Source: an uncultured delta proteobacterium
Lineage (GTDB): Bacteria; Myxococcota_A; UBA9160; UBA4427
NCBI GenBank assembly: GCA_963822965.1
Contig: CAWGJT010000005.1
Coordinates: forward strand, 1,632,001-1,696,000
Direction of reading: 5' to 3'
DNA length: 64,000 bases
The number at the start of each line of letters is the position of its first letter. Within the stretch, counting starts at the first letter, position 1. The position numbers were made by a program, and so were the translations under genes. This document shows positions 12,001-22,817 of this stretch, piece after piece. Below the pieces are notes generated by a model. The model had not been told where the DNA came from. It did not search any database and saw nothing but the letters and a program-made list of their open reading frames with translations.

Positions 12001-14700
12001 GAAGGCCAGCGCGTTCACCTCGGTGATGCGCAGGTCGCCGAGCGCCGACTCCCATTGGCGCGCGGCGGCGTCGTCCACGTCCGTCAGGCGATAGATGCCG
12101 CCGTCGTCGCCCTCGAGGATGTCGCCGTTGGCGTCGAAGACCATCTCGCGGGAGTCGGCGTGGGGAGCGGTCGCGTTGGCGCCGCTCGAGACGATGGGGG
12201 TCCACTGGCTGCCGGACGCCTGGCTCGCGTCGCCCCGGAAGATTCGCGCGGTGTAGTTGGTGGCGCCGCTGGTGAACCCGATGGGCGTGCCCGTCGCGTC
12301 GCGCACCAGGTCCTGACGGTCTCCGCCCGCGTAGACGACGTTCGAGTCGTTCCGGTCCGCGAGCAGCGAGAAGTTCTTCAGCGCCTGACCGCCCGGATTC
12401 AGGCCGATGCCGCCGTCGCCCGGCATGTCCAGCTGGGCCCAGGTCGTGCCGGTGTCGGCGCTCCGGTAGATGTCGGTCGCCACCCGGGAGCTCGAGCGAA
12501 CGATGACCGTTCCCGCCGAGTGCGCGTTGGCCAGCGGGCGGCTCAGGGTGAGCGTTCCGGCCGCCGCATCGATCGAGACGATCTGGAGCGCGCCGTTCGG
12601 ATCGCCAGAGCCGCCTTCGAGCCCTCCCCCGCTGTCGTTCCGAAGCCCGACCCGGTCGCCCACCTGGAAGAGCGAGGTGGCGCTCACCGCGATCACGGAG
12701 TCGCCGACGGTCGGGGTCGCGCCGAGCAGCGCTTCCTGGAAGATCAGCGCCGCGAAGAGCGGGTGCTGGGGCGCGCCGTCCGCATCGCTCACGCTGAGCA
12801 CGATGCGGTTGGCACCGGCCGGCGAGACGAAGGCCTGGGCGCCGCCGCCGTTCACGAGGCTCCAGGTGGCGCCCGCATCGTCGCTGCGGAGAACGCCCTG
12901 CCCGACGACGCCCGCGTACAGGACGTCGTTCGCGGGCATGTCCGTGACGTCGAGGACGAGATCGCTGGCGGGACCGCGGCCGAGGGCGCCGGCCCCACCG
13001 CTCTCGGAGAGGTTCGTGAACGTGACGCCGCCGTCGGTGCTGCGGAAGACGCCGCCGCGCCGGCGCACCGTGCCGTCCACGATCTGGTCGAGGGCCGAGA
13101 CGAGCACCACGCCCGACGTACGCGTCGGCACCACCGACGTGATCGCGAGCCCGGCGAGCTCGGGTGCCGCATCCAGCGACCAGGTCGAGCCACCGTCGGT
13201 CGAGCGCAGCAGACCGACGTTGAAGCCGTTCACGCCCGAATTGCTGAAGCCGCCCGTGCCCGCGAACACCACCAGGTCGTCGAGCGGCGTCGACGCGTCC
13301 ACGGGATTGCCGGACGAATCGAGCGGGCTGATGGTGACGTCGCCGATGGAGAGCGACGGGAACTGATCGGTGAGCGGCGTCCAGTGAGCTCCGCCGTCCG
13401 TCGTCCGCCACACGCCGCCGTTCGTGGCGCCGACGAAGATCACGTCCGGGTCGAAGGGGTGGGCGGCGATCGCCTGCACGGCCCCGGCCACCGGGTCGTT
13501 GGGCGGGATGTTCTCGACCTGGCCGTTCGCGGAGACGCCGGGACCCTGCTCGAGCCACTGGGGGACGCCCTGCTCGCTGACCAGCACCGCCTCGTTCGTG
13601 AAGACCTCGACGCCGGTCACGTGGTCGATCTCGACGGCGCCGTTGGTCGCGAACGCGGTTCCGTCGCCCCGCTGCACCAGGACCGCGCCCGGGAGCGGCG
13701 CGAGATCGAGGCGGTCGTTCCCGGCACCGCCGTAGACGACCAGGCGTCCCGCGAAGGTGCCGAGATCCGTCACCGTGATGGTGTCGTCCCCGTCGCCGGC
13801 CTCGATCGTGAGCGAGCCCGTCGGCACCGGAATGCTCGTCTGCTCGAAGGACGGGCTGTCGATCACGATCATCGACGTCATCGCATCGAAGGAGACCGTG
13901 ATGTCGTCGCTGCCGTCGGTGGCGGTGAAGACGGTGTCGGCTGCGGTGCCCGTGGTGGCGAGGGGCTCCATGCCCGCGTAGACGACCGTGTTGCCGTCGA
14001 GGGAGACCGAGCCCGCGTCCGGCGCCGTGGCGACGAGCTCGACGCGCGCGTAGTCACCGCCTTCGAAGACGAGCGAGTCGAATCCCCGGTCGCCGCCGGC
14101 CACCACGCCGGCGAGCCGCGCCTCGGCCTCGAACACGAAGGTGTCCCGGTTGTCGGCGGCACCCTCGAGGTTCTCGATTCCCGCGAACGCGACCCCGGCG
14201 ACCTCCCCGGTGCCGTCGCCGTCGATCCGCCAGAGCGAGTCGCCACCGGGCCCGACCAGGGTGTCGTCCCCCGCCCCGCCGTCGAAGAGCACCGGGATCC
14301 CGAGGCCCAGCACGCTGTCGTCCAGCGTGAGACGGTCCGCCCCCGCCCCGCCGTGCACCACGATCTCGCTCGTGCTCCCGAGGAGCTGCCACGAGAGGGC
14401 CTGGCTGGTCTCCCGGTCGACGAGCCGAACGATGCGCGTGGGAGCCGCGGCTTCGGCCGGCGGGTCGAGCTGCTCGGCGGTCTGGTCGAGCTGCTCGACG
14501 GCGAGGGAGAGGTCGTGGTCGCCGGCGCCGAAGTCCGCCGCGACGTCGATGGCGAGCGCGCCGAGCGGGTCGGCGGAGAGCAGCAGGCGCGGCTCGAGGG
14601 GCTCCAGTCGGAAAGCCGCCCGACCCGGCGCGGTGCGGGAGCGTTGACGGCGCAGCGTTCGCAGCAGTGACAAGCGGGGGACTCTCCGGATCTCGCGCAC
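1..14700 (-). CDS. Giant LEPR-XLL-domain secreted/surface protein (about 4900 aa or more; 3' end beyond the window; several frameshifts)
   Basis: ORF 6550..14700 begins ...FRLEPLEPRLLLSADP (LEPR-XLL motif). The same acidic G/D/A/V-rich protein continues by frame switches near 6550, 6390, 5290, 4990-4800, 4620, 4400, 2990 and 190-110 down to base 1. It carries GGxGxD repeats, Asp-box repeats (RSTDGGSTW, RSDDAGATW, RTTDAGVTW) and EF-hand-like DGRxxxxEL motifs. Confidence 0.85.
340..790 (-). repeat. RTX/hemolysin-type Ca-binding GGxGxD nonapeptide repeats within the giant protein
   Basis: Manual minus-strand translation gives GGDGNDSI, GGSGNDRI, GGDGDDVIFGGGGDDRIFGGAGNDEIHGGGGADTIFGD and GDGGADLVFGGGGDDRIEGGEGDDLLVGD. 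Confidence 0.85.
11035..13565 (-). repeat. BNR/Asp-box beta-propeller region (GH74/VPS10/sialidase-like fold) of the giant protein
   Basis: WLEQGP...IFVGATNGGVWRTTDGGAHWTPL, several RS.DGG.TW boxes, HADSR, GDDGGIYR, ending FAGTHGRSAF. Confidence 0.8.
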
Positions 14701-14964
14701 CGGGGAACACCAGCCCCGGTCACCCTCCCCCGCCGACCTCGACGGCCGACCCGTTCGTGTGACGGGCGGCGCCGGGCCATCGAAGACGAAGGGCCCTACG
14801 GTCCGTCACTTTCTCACAGATCACCCCGAGATCGTTGAGAAATTTGACACGATGGTGCAAAAAACACCCATGCCTGGGACCGCGCTGCGGCCACCCTGGA
14901 CGACCGGTCTATCCCCGAGGGGAGTCCGGCCAGGCTCAGCTGGGGCGTTCCGACCGTCGCAGGG

Positions 14965-16147
14965 CTACCGCGGCAGGCCCACCAGCTGGCGGGCCATGAT
15001 GACGCGCTGGATCTGGCCGGTTCCCTCGACGATGTCCATCGCCTTGACGTCGCGGTAGAGCTTCTCGATCAGATGGTCGCCGCGGGCGCCGACGGTCCCC
15101 AGCAGCTCCATGCCGAGGCTCGTCACCTCCATGCCCACCTGAGCGGCGACCGCCTTCGACATCGAGGCCTCGACGATGTTGGGCTTCTGCTGGTCGGCGA
15201 GCCAGCCGGCCTTCAGGCACATCATGCGGGCGAGCTTCAGCTTGCGCGCGGCGCGCTCGAGGCGGTCGCGCACCCGCTCGCGGCCCAGCAGGTCGTGCTC
15301 CCGCGCGAACGCCTGCGCCTCGTCGAGGGCCGCGCGACCGATCCCCACCGAGTTCGCCGCGATCACCGGCCGCCCGGCGTTGAAGGTGCTCATCGCCGTC
15401 TTGAAGCCCGCGCGCTGCTGGTAGCGCGCCTCGCCGCCCAGCAGGTTGCCGGCGGGAACCCGGCAGTCCTGCAGGGTGAAGGACGTCGACTCGTAGGCCT
15501 TGAGTCCCATCTTCTTCTCGATCTTGAAGCCGCCGAGACCCGGCGTTCCCTGCTCGACGAAGAAGGCGCGATGGGCCCCGCGACCCTTGCTCGGGTCGAG
15601 GGTCGCCTGCACCAGGATCCAGTCCGAGCGGCTGGCGTTGCCGATGAAGCACTTGGCGCCGTTCAGGATCCAGCCGTCGCCGTCCTTGCGAGCCGTGGTG
15701 CGGATGGCGGCGGCGTCCGAGCCGCAGCCGGGCTCGGTCATGCCGAAGCACGCCCAGCGCGGGCGCTCGGGCTCGAGGAACGGCGACAGGAAGCGCTCCT
15801 TCTGCTCGTCGGTTCCCATGGCGAGCACGTTGCCCTCGGGCAGGCCCACACCCGGGTGCGCGACGCCGACGCCGCGGTCCCAGTAGGCGAACTCCTCCGC
15901 CGACAGCAGGGCCATCACGGTGGAGCGCAGGCTCCGCGGCTCGTCGGAGGCGCTGCGGCCCCCCGGCCCCGGCCAGCGGGTTCGGCCCTCGCCGCGATCG
16001 ACGAGCTTCTGGAAGTACGGATCGTCCACGGGGATGGGCCGTCCCAGGCGGTCCGCCTCGAGGCCCACCGGCCGCGCCTCGCTGCGCCCGCGGTGCGCCA
16101 CCTCTTCGAGGCGCTCGCGCATGCGCGTCGTCGATCTCGAACTCCAT
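14965..16147 (-). CDS. Acyl-CoA dehydrogenase (FadE23-like, retains catalytic Glu)
   Basis: FGMTEPGCGSDA, WILNGAKCFIGN, IEKLYRDVKAMDIVEGTGQIQR. ATG at 16147 overlaps the upstream TGA; there is a frameshift near 16122. Confidence 0.9.
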
Positions 16148-17252
16148 CACGCCCCCTTCGCGGCTGCGGCATGCGACACGTGCGACAGCGGGATGCGTCC
16201 GGCGGCCGCGCAGCAGCTCGCGCTCCGCCTCCTCGCGCGCCGCGTCGAGCCCGCCCAGCGCCAGGCCCAGGGCCCTCGATTCCCGCATGAACTTCTCCAC
16301 CGGGTAGTCCTGCATGAAGCCGTGGCCGCCGAGGATCTGCACGCCGCCCGGACCCACCAGCAGCGAGGCGTCGATGGCCTCGGCGTAGGCGGTGGCCGCC
16401 GCGGCGGTCGCGTCGAGGCCCCGGTCGAGGCGCCAGGCGGCCTCGTGGAGCAGCAGCCGCGCGCCGTCGACGGCCACCCGCATGTCGATGATGAGGAACG
16501 CGAGCGCCTGGTGGTGGGCGATGGGCCGCCCGAAGGCCTGGCGCTCGAGCGCGTAGCTCGCGCGAGAAGTCGGCGGCCTGCCGCAGCACTCCGACCAGGA
16601 GCGACGCCTGGTGGATGCGCGCCCGGGCGAGGGCGCGCGCCGCGGCCGCCGGGTCGTTCCAGCGCGCCGCGATGGGCGCGCCGTCGAGGTGGAGCTCCGA
16701 GGCGCCCGCCGCGCGCAAGCCGCTGCCGCGAAGCTCGCTGCCGCTCGATTCCCTCCCGGATGGCGACGGCGCCCTCGGGCCCCAGCACCAGCAGCAGGTC
16801 CACCCGGTCGGCGGGCACCCAGGGCACGTGTCCGGCCACCCGGGTGCCGATCTCGAGCCGCGCGTCGCCCGAAGCCACCAGCACCGCCCGCGACCCCTCG
16901 GCGCCCAGCAGCGGGCCCGCGAGCTCGCGGAGGGCCTCCTCGCCCCCCAGCTCCAACAGCGGGTAGAGGGCCGTCCCCAGCGGATCCAGCGCCAGGGCCG
17001 CGCCCGCATCGGCGGCCGCCAGCTCCTCGTTGACGAGGGCGCGGGCGACGGCGCCGAGCCCCGCACCCCCCAGCGATTCCGGCAGCTCGAGCCCGGCGAG
17101 ACCCGATCTCTGCGAAGCGCTTGCGCACCGCGGCGCTCACGTTCGCGCGCGGCTTCGTGCTCGCGCAGTCGCGGCACCAGCTCGTCCCGGCCGAAGCTGC
17201 CGGCCGTCTCGACGATCAGCTCCAGCTCCGGTCCCGGGTCAAAGTCGAACAC
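16147..17252 (-). CDS. Acyl-CoA dehydrogenase (FadE24-like partner, frameshifted)
   Basis: MFDFDPGPELELIVETAGSF... and C-terminal YALERQAFGRPIAHHQALAF...GGVQILGGHGFMQDYPVEKFMRE, pieced together across three frames. Confidence 0.8.
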
Positions 17253-17309
17253 GGCAGCTCCTGAAGGATTCGGATTCGAACACGGCGGCTCCTGGACGCG
17301 ATAAGCCCG

Positions 17310-18092
17310 TCAGCTCCCGGTGAACTCGGGTACGCGCCGCTCCGCCATGGCGCGCACGCCCTCCCGGAAGTCGCCGGTCTTCTGCAGGCGTTCCTGCTCG
17401 GCCTTCTCCCGATCCGTCGCCTGGCGGATGCGGTCCGGCAGATCACCGCGCAGGGTCTCGCGAATGGACGCGACGGCGAGGGGAGCCGAGATGGCGATCT
17501 CCCGCGCCAGGGCGTGAGCCTCGTCCCGCAGATCGGCGAGGGCCACCAGGCGGTCGCACAGCCCCATCGAGAACGCCTCCTCGCCCGGCACCCGACGGCC
17601 GGTGTAGAGCAGCTCCATGGCGTGCTGCCTTCCGACGAGGTCGGGCAACGTGACCGAGAGGCCGAAGCCGTGGTGGAAGCCCAGGCGCGCGAAGTTCGCG
17701 CTGAAGCGGGCCTCGGGTGTCGCCACCCGGAAGTCGGGCATGAGCGCCAGGCCGAGCCCCCCGCCGATGGCCGCGCCCTGCACCGCCGCCACCACCGGGG
17801 TGCGCGTCGAGAAGAGCCGGACGGCCTCGTCGTAGAGGTGCCGCTGGCCGTCCGACGCCCCGGCGTCGCCACGGCCGCCGAGCTGGGCGCCGGCGCAGAA
17901 GCTCTTGCCCTCGGAGGCCAGCACGATGGCCCGGCAGCGCGCGTCGGCGTCGAGGGCCTCGAAGGCCTCGGCGAGGCTCGCGATGAGGGCGATGTCGAAG
18001 TAATTGTGGGGGGGCCGCCGGATCTCGACCCGGGCCACGTGGTCGTCGCCGAGATCGACCTGGACGTCGCCGAAGCTTCCGAACACCTTCAA
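17310..18092 (-). CDS. Enoyl-CoA hydratase/isomerase family protein
   Basis: AAGGAGG RBS followed by TTG at 18092; SFCAGAQ, PVVAAVQGAAIGGGLGLA, DFREGVRAMAERRVPEF. Confidence 0.9.
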   Translation of the reverse strand: MKVFGSFGDVQVDLGDDHVARVEIRRPPHNYFDIALIASLAEAFEALDADARCRAIVLASEGKSFCAGAQLGGRGDAGASDGQRHLYDEAVRLFSTRTPVVAAVQGAAIGGGLGLALMPDFRVATPEARFSANFARLGFHHGFGLSVTLPDLVGRQHAMELLYTGRRVPGEEAFSMGLCDRLVALADLRDEAHALAREIAISAPLAVASIRETLRGDLPDRIRQATDREKAEQERLQKTGDFREGVRAMAERRVPEFTGS

Positions 18093-18158
18093 GGCGGGCC
18101 TCCTTCGTTCCGAGATGGTACCTGTTTTCACGCGCACCCGTTTCCACAGGAGAAGAGC

Positions 18159-19437
18159 ATGGAGCCCCGCGCCGTCCTTTCCGTCGACGAGATCCATCTC
18201 TCGGACCCGCTGTTCTGGGTGCGCCCCTGGGAGGAGCGCGAGGGGGCCTTCCAGACCCTTCGTCGCGAGCGGCCGATGTCCTTCTACGAGGAGCCCGACA
18301 CCCGCGGTCTGGTTCCCCCGGGCCCGGGCTACTGGGCGGTCACGAAGCACGCGGACATCCTGCGTGCCAGCCGCGAGCCGCAGCTCTTCTGCTCGTCGAA
18401 GGGGGCCACCAGCATTCCCGACATGCCCGTCATGTTCCTGGAGTTCTTCGGGAGCTTCATCAACATGGACGACCCGAAGCACATCCGGCAACGCAAGCTG
18501 GTGTCTCCCGAGTTCACCCGCCAGCGCCTCGCGCGCCTCGACGAAAAGGTCGAGCGCGCCGCGCGCGAGGCCATCGACGCGGTCGTGGAGAAGGGCGAGT
18601 GCGACTTCGTCACCGAGCTCTCCGCACCGTTCCCGATCCGCATCATCTGCGACATGATGGGAATTCCGAAGAGCCAGCACCAGTTCGTGTTCGACCAGAC
18701 GAACGTGATCCTCGGGGCGGGAGACCCCGAGTACGTGCCCGAGGGCACCGACATCGCTGCGGCCCTGATCGCCGCCGGCAGCGGCCTGCGACAGCTGATG
18801 TTCGACCTCGCCGCCGCACCGCATGAAGACGCCGACGGACGACTTCACGTCGCGCCTGCTGCACGCGGAGATCGACGGCGACAAGCTCAGCCAGGAGGAT
18901 CTCGCCTCCTTCTTCATCCTGCTCGTGGCCGCGGGCAACGAGACGACCCGCAACGCCATCAGCCACGGCATGAAGGCCCTGCACGACCACCCCGACCAGC
19001 GCGCCATCTGGCAGAAGGACTTCGACGGCGTGTCGAAGACGGCGGTCGAGGAGATCGTGCGTTGGGCGAGCCCGGTGATCTTCATGCGCCGCACCACCAC
19101 CCAGCCCTGCGAGCTGGGCGGACAGCGGCTCGACGCGGGCGAGAAGCTGGTGCTCTTCTACGCGTCGGGCAATCGCGACGAGGACGTCTTCGACGACCCC
19201 TTCCGCTTCGACGTGCGTCGCACGCCGAACGAGCACGTGGGCTTCGGCGGGCCGGGGCCGCACTTCTGCCTGGGGGCGAACCTCGCCCGCCGCGAGATCC
19301 GCATCTTCTTCCGGCAGCTCTTCGAGCGGATGCCCGACATCGAGATCACCGGGCCGCCCGAGCGCCTGGCCTCGAACTTCATCCACGGCATCAAGCACAT
19401 GCCGTGCCGCTTCACGCCGGGGAAGATCGCCGCCTGA
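18159..19437 (+). CDS. Cytochrome P450 (CYP124/125/142-like), frameshift near 18820
   Basis: MDDPKH, AAGNETTRN (I helix), EEIVRWASPV (ExxR), GFGGPGPHFCLGANLAR (heme Cys). Confidence 0.9.
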
Positions 19438-19496
19438 GCGCCGAAGCCGCCGCCGACCGACCGTCGCGGCGGCTCCGGGAACGCCAGCATACGATC

Positions 19497-19535
19497 AGGA
19501 GCGTGACCCAAGACTCCGTCTTGGGTCACGCTCCT
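19497..19535. repeat. Perfect palindrome (18-bp stem, 3-nt loop) between convergent genes
   Basis: AGGAGCGTGACCCAAGAC-TCC-GTCTTGGGTCACGCTCCT. Confidence 0.9.
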
Positions 19536-20250
19536 AGGCCCGGACGTCGTCCCGCTCGACGCGTCCGTCGACGATGCGGATGATGCGGCGGGCGCGCTCC
19601 ATCACGCGCGGGTCGTGGGTCGAGAAGAGGAAGGTGGCCCCGCGCTCGCGGTTGAGCCGCTCCATCAGGGCGAGCAGGTTCTCGGCGGTCTCCGAATCGA
19701 CGTTGGCCGTGGGCTCGTCGGCCAGCACGATGGCCGGGTTCGAGACGATGGCGCGGGCGATCGCCACGCGCTGCTGCTGGCCGCCGGAGAGCTCGTCGGG
19801 GCGACGGTCCTCGAGCCCCGTCAGACCGACGTCCGCGAGCATCCGGCGCACCCTTTCGCGCCGCTCGTCGGGCGCCACCCCCTGCAGGGCCAGCACGATC
19901 TCCGCGTTCTCGTAGGCGGTGAGCACGGGCATCAGGTTGTAGGCCTGGAAGACGAAGCCGATGCGGTCGCGCCGCAGGTGCGAGAGCTCGCGCGCGGAGA
20001 GGCCCGGCCAGGTCGCGTCCCTCGACGCGCACGCTGCCCGTGGTGGGGCGGTCGAGGGCGCCGATCAGGTTGAGGGCCGTCGACTTGCCCGAGCCCGACG
20101 GACCCACCAGCGTGGCGAACTCGCCGGCGCGGATGGAGATCGAGAGCCCGCGCAGCGCCATCACCTCCACCGCGCCCTGCTGGTAGCGCTTCGTAAGCTC
20201 CAGGACCTCGACGATGGGGGGCGGCGCGCTCGCTCGCGAGGTTCTGTCAT
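19534..20250 (-). CDS. ABC transporter ATP-binding protein (LolD/MacB-like), frameshifted
   Basis: Walker A GPSGSGKS, signature LSGGQQQRVAIARA, Walker B IVLADEPTAN, H-loop STHD. The start is approximate. Confidence 0.9.
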
Positions 20251-20259
20251 CCGGCCGCC

Positions 20260-21505
20260 TCAGCCGATCCGGATCGATTCGACGGGCGACACCCGGCCGG
20301 CGCTCCAGGCGGGATAGAGGCCCGCGAGCAGCGTCGCCACCAGCGCGCACGAGACGATCGCCACGGCATGGTCGGGATGGATGGCGGCCCGCAGCACCGG
20401 GGTCACCGCCACGCCGGCCACCTCGCTGGCGCCGACCCCGAGCCGCGACGAGAGGTCGAGCCCGACCGCCGACAGGTACCAGTAGGGCGCGACGATGAGC
20501 AGCGCCCCCGTGCCGCGAGGCCCACCAGCGCCAGCCACAGGCTCTCGCACATGACCATGCCGAAGAGCCGTCCGGGCGAGAAGCCGATCGCCAACAGGAT
20601 GCCGAACTCGCGCACGCGCTCCAGCACGCTCACGAAGAGCGTGTTGAAGATGCCGGCCGCCACGAGCAGCATGATGATGCCCTCCAGGATGCGCGCCGAC
20701 GCCACCTTCATCGCGATGAAGCCGGCGAGCTCGGGCTGGCTCTCGTACCACGGCCTCGCCGCGGCGGGCGAGACGCGATCCGCGAGGCGCGTCGCCACCT
20801 CGAGCGCCTTTCGTTGGTCGCGCAGGAAGAGCGCCACCTGCAGGGTCTCGTCGGGCTCGTAGTCGCAGCAGCCTGCGCACGCGCTCGAGAGGCAGCAGGC
20901 ACAGACCGCCGTCGACGCTCGGCGCGCCCGTGTGCACGATTCCGACGACGCGCGCCGCTTCCTGCACGATCTCGCCGTGCTTGTCGGTGAGGGTGTACAC
21001 CACCTTGCGACCGAGCCCGGCGTGCAGCTTGTCGGCGAGGCCGGAGCCGAGGAGGATCCCGCGGTCGTCCGCCGCTCGCGAAGACGCGACCCGCGGAGAC
21101 CGCGTCGAGGAGCGAGAGGGTGCCGGCGTCCTCGAGCGCGGGATCGAAGGCGATGAAGCCCGCGCCCTGGCTGCGTCCCGCGCTGGCCACCATCACGTTG
21201 CCCTCGATGCGCGGCACCGCACGCTCCACCTCGGGATCCGCCAGGGCCACCTCGCGCAGGCGCCCGGCGTCCTGCAGGGTGCGGCCGAAGCTCGGCAGCT
21301 CGAGATAGTCGCGGTGCTGCAGGCTCACGTGCCCGCCGCCCAGCCGCGCCGCGAGGTCGATCATCTGGCCGAAGTTCGCGTCGCCCATGGCGGTGAAGAG
21401 CACGGCGATCAGCGTTCCGAAGGCGATGGACGAGAGGGTGATGAGCGTCCGGCGGCGATTGCGCCACAGGTTCCGCCACGCCATGGACGCGATGCCCGTC
21501 GCCAA
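20260..21505 (-). CDS. ABC transporter permease (FtsX/LolCE-like), frameshifted
   Basis: MAWRNLWRNRRRTLIT; SVLERVREFGILLAIG; YPAWSAGRVSPVESIR. Confidence 0.85.
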
Positions 21506-21564
21506 GCATTCCCTCCCGAACATCGCGTGACGCTGCCTCGTGCCGGAAAGCGCCGCCCCGGAGA

Positions 21565-22785
21565 TCAGTGGTGGCGCATGGCGTCCACCGGCTGCACGGC
21601 GGCCGCCTTCACGGCCGGGTACAGCACCGCCAGCCCCACGATGCCGAGCAGCACGACGATCGGCGTCGTGAAGGTGGCCGGACCGACCGCCGCCCGCCAC
21701 ACGGGCTCCATCGCGATCCCGAGCACCGAGGTGCCCGCGAGCGCGCCGAGATCGATGCCGGTGGTGGCGAGCTAGGCGACGGCGGGAATCGCGAGGACCA
21801 CCCCCAGGGCCACGGAAAGGACCACCTGGATGCCGCTCTCGAGCAGGATCAGGCGCAACACCTCGAAGGGACCGACGCCCAGGGCCTTGAGGACGCCGAG
21901 CTCGCGGATGCGCTCGAAGACCGCCATCAGCATGGCGTTCAGGACGAGCATCCCGATGGCGACGTAGATCAGGAAGAACATGGCGAGCATGATGCCGCGG
22001 GTCGAATCGAGCAGGGACGCGAGGGTCGGCAGCAGCTGACGCCAGGTCTTCACCTCGAGACCGCCGCGCCGCGGCCTGCACCTGCGCTGCGGCCGGCGCC
22101 AGGGTCCGAGGCCCTCGGGACGGCGCACGACGATCTGGTGCACGCCCGATGACACTCCCACCAGCTCGCGCAGGGTTTCGGCGTTCAGGAAGACGCCGCC
22201 GCGATCCGTGGCGTCGGCGATGCCCCGCAGCACGCCGCGAACGCGGTAGAGCGCGTAGGCCATGGCGCCGTCGATGCCCTGGGTGAGGACGACGATCTCG
22301 TCGCCCACGCCGACGCCGAGCATGCGGGCCAGCCGGCGTCCCAGCACCACGCCCTTCGGATCGCGATGGGTCGAGCCAGCTCCCCTCGGCCACCGCCTCG
22401 TCGATGCGCGACACCCGGGCGTCGCGATCCACGTCGATTCCGCGGAACGAGACGCCCGCCGACGACTCGCCGGCGGCCGCCAGGCCGAAGGCCAGCGACG
22501 CGAGGCGAGGCGGCGAAGCCGCTCTCCACCAGGGGCTCGATGACGGCGTCTGGGTCCTCGATCAGCGAGTCGAGGGCGGGATTCTCGCGGAAGTGGTCCG
22601 CGAAGATCTGCACGTCGCCCACCTCGAGGTCGAGGATGCTTCGCTCGACGCCCTCCAGGTAGCCGTCCATCAGGCCGGAATAGAGGATCATCACGAAGAG
22701 GCCGAAGCTCATGGCGGCGATCGTGACGCCAGGTGCGGCGACGGTTGCGCCACACGTTGCGCCATGCCATGGGGAAGAGGTCCAC
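21565..22785 (-). CDS. ABC transporter permease (FtsX/LolCE-like), frameshifted
   Basis: MAWRNVWRNRRRT; MAVFERIRELGVLKALG; C-terminal YPAVKAAAVQPVDAMRHH*. Confidence 0.85.
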
Positions 22786-22817
22786 GGGTCCTCCACCGGG
22801 GCGCGATCCCGCGAAGC

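Noticed and set aside
6394..14670. 2758-aa plus-strand ORF (also 133..3003 and 2525..4504)
   Set aside because: These are antisense shadows of the giant minus-strand gene. They have no recognisable motifs, and long stop-free antisense frames are expected at high GC.
1..14700. Prophage or contractile tail locus suggested by phage-like modules
   Set aside because: No capsid, terminase, baseplate, tube or integrase genes were recognised; the modules lie inside one secreted protein.
14855..14880. Sigma-54 promoter for the giant gene
   Set aside because: GG and GC dinucleotides are present but not at the required GG-N10-GC spacing.
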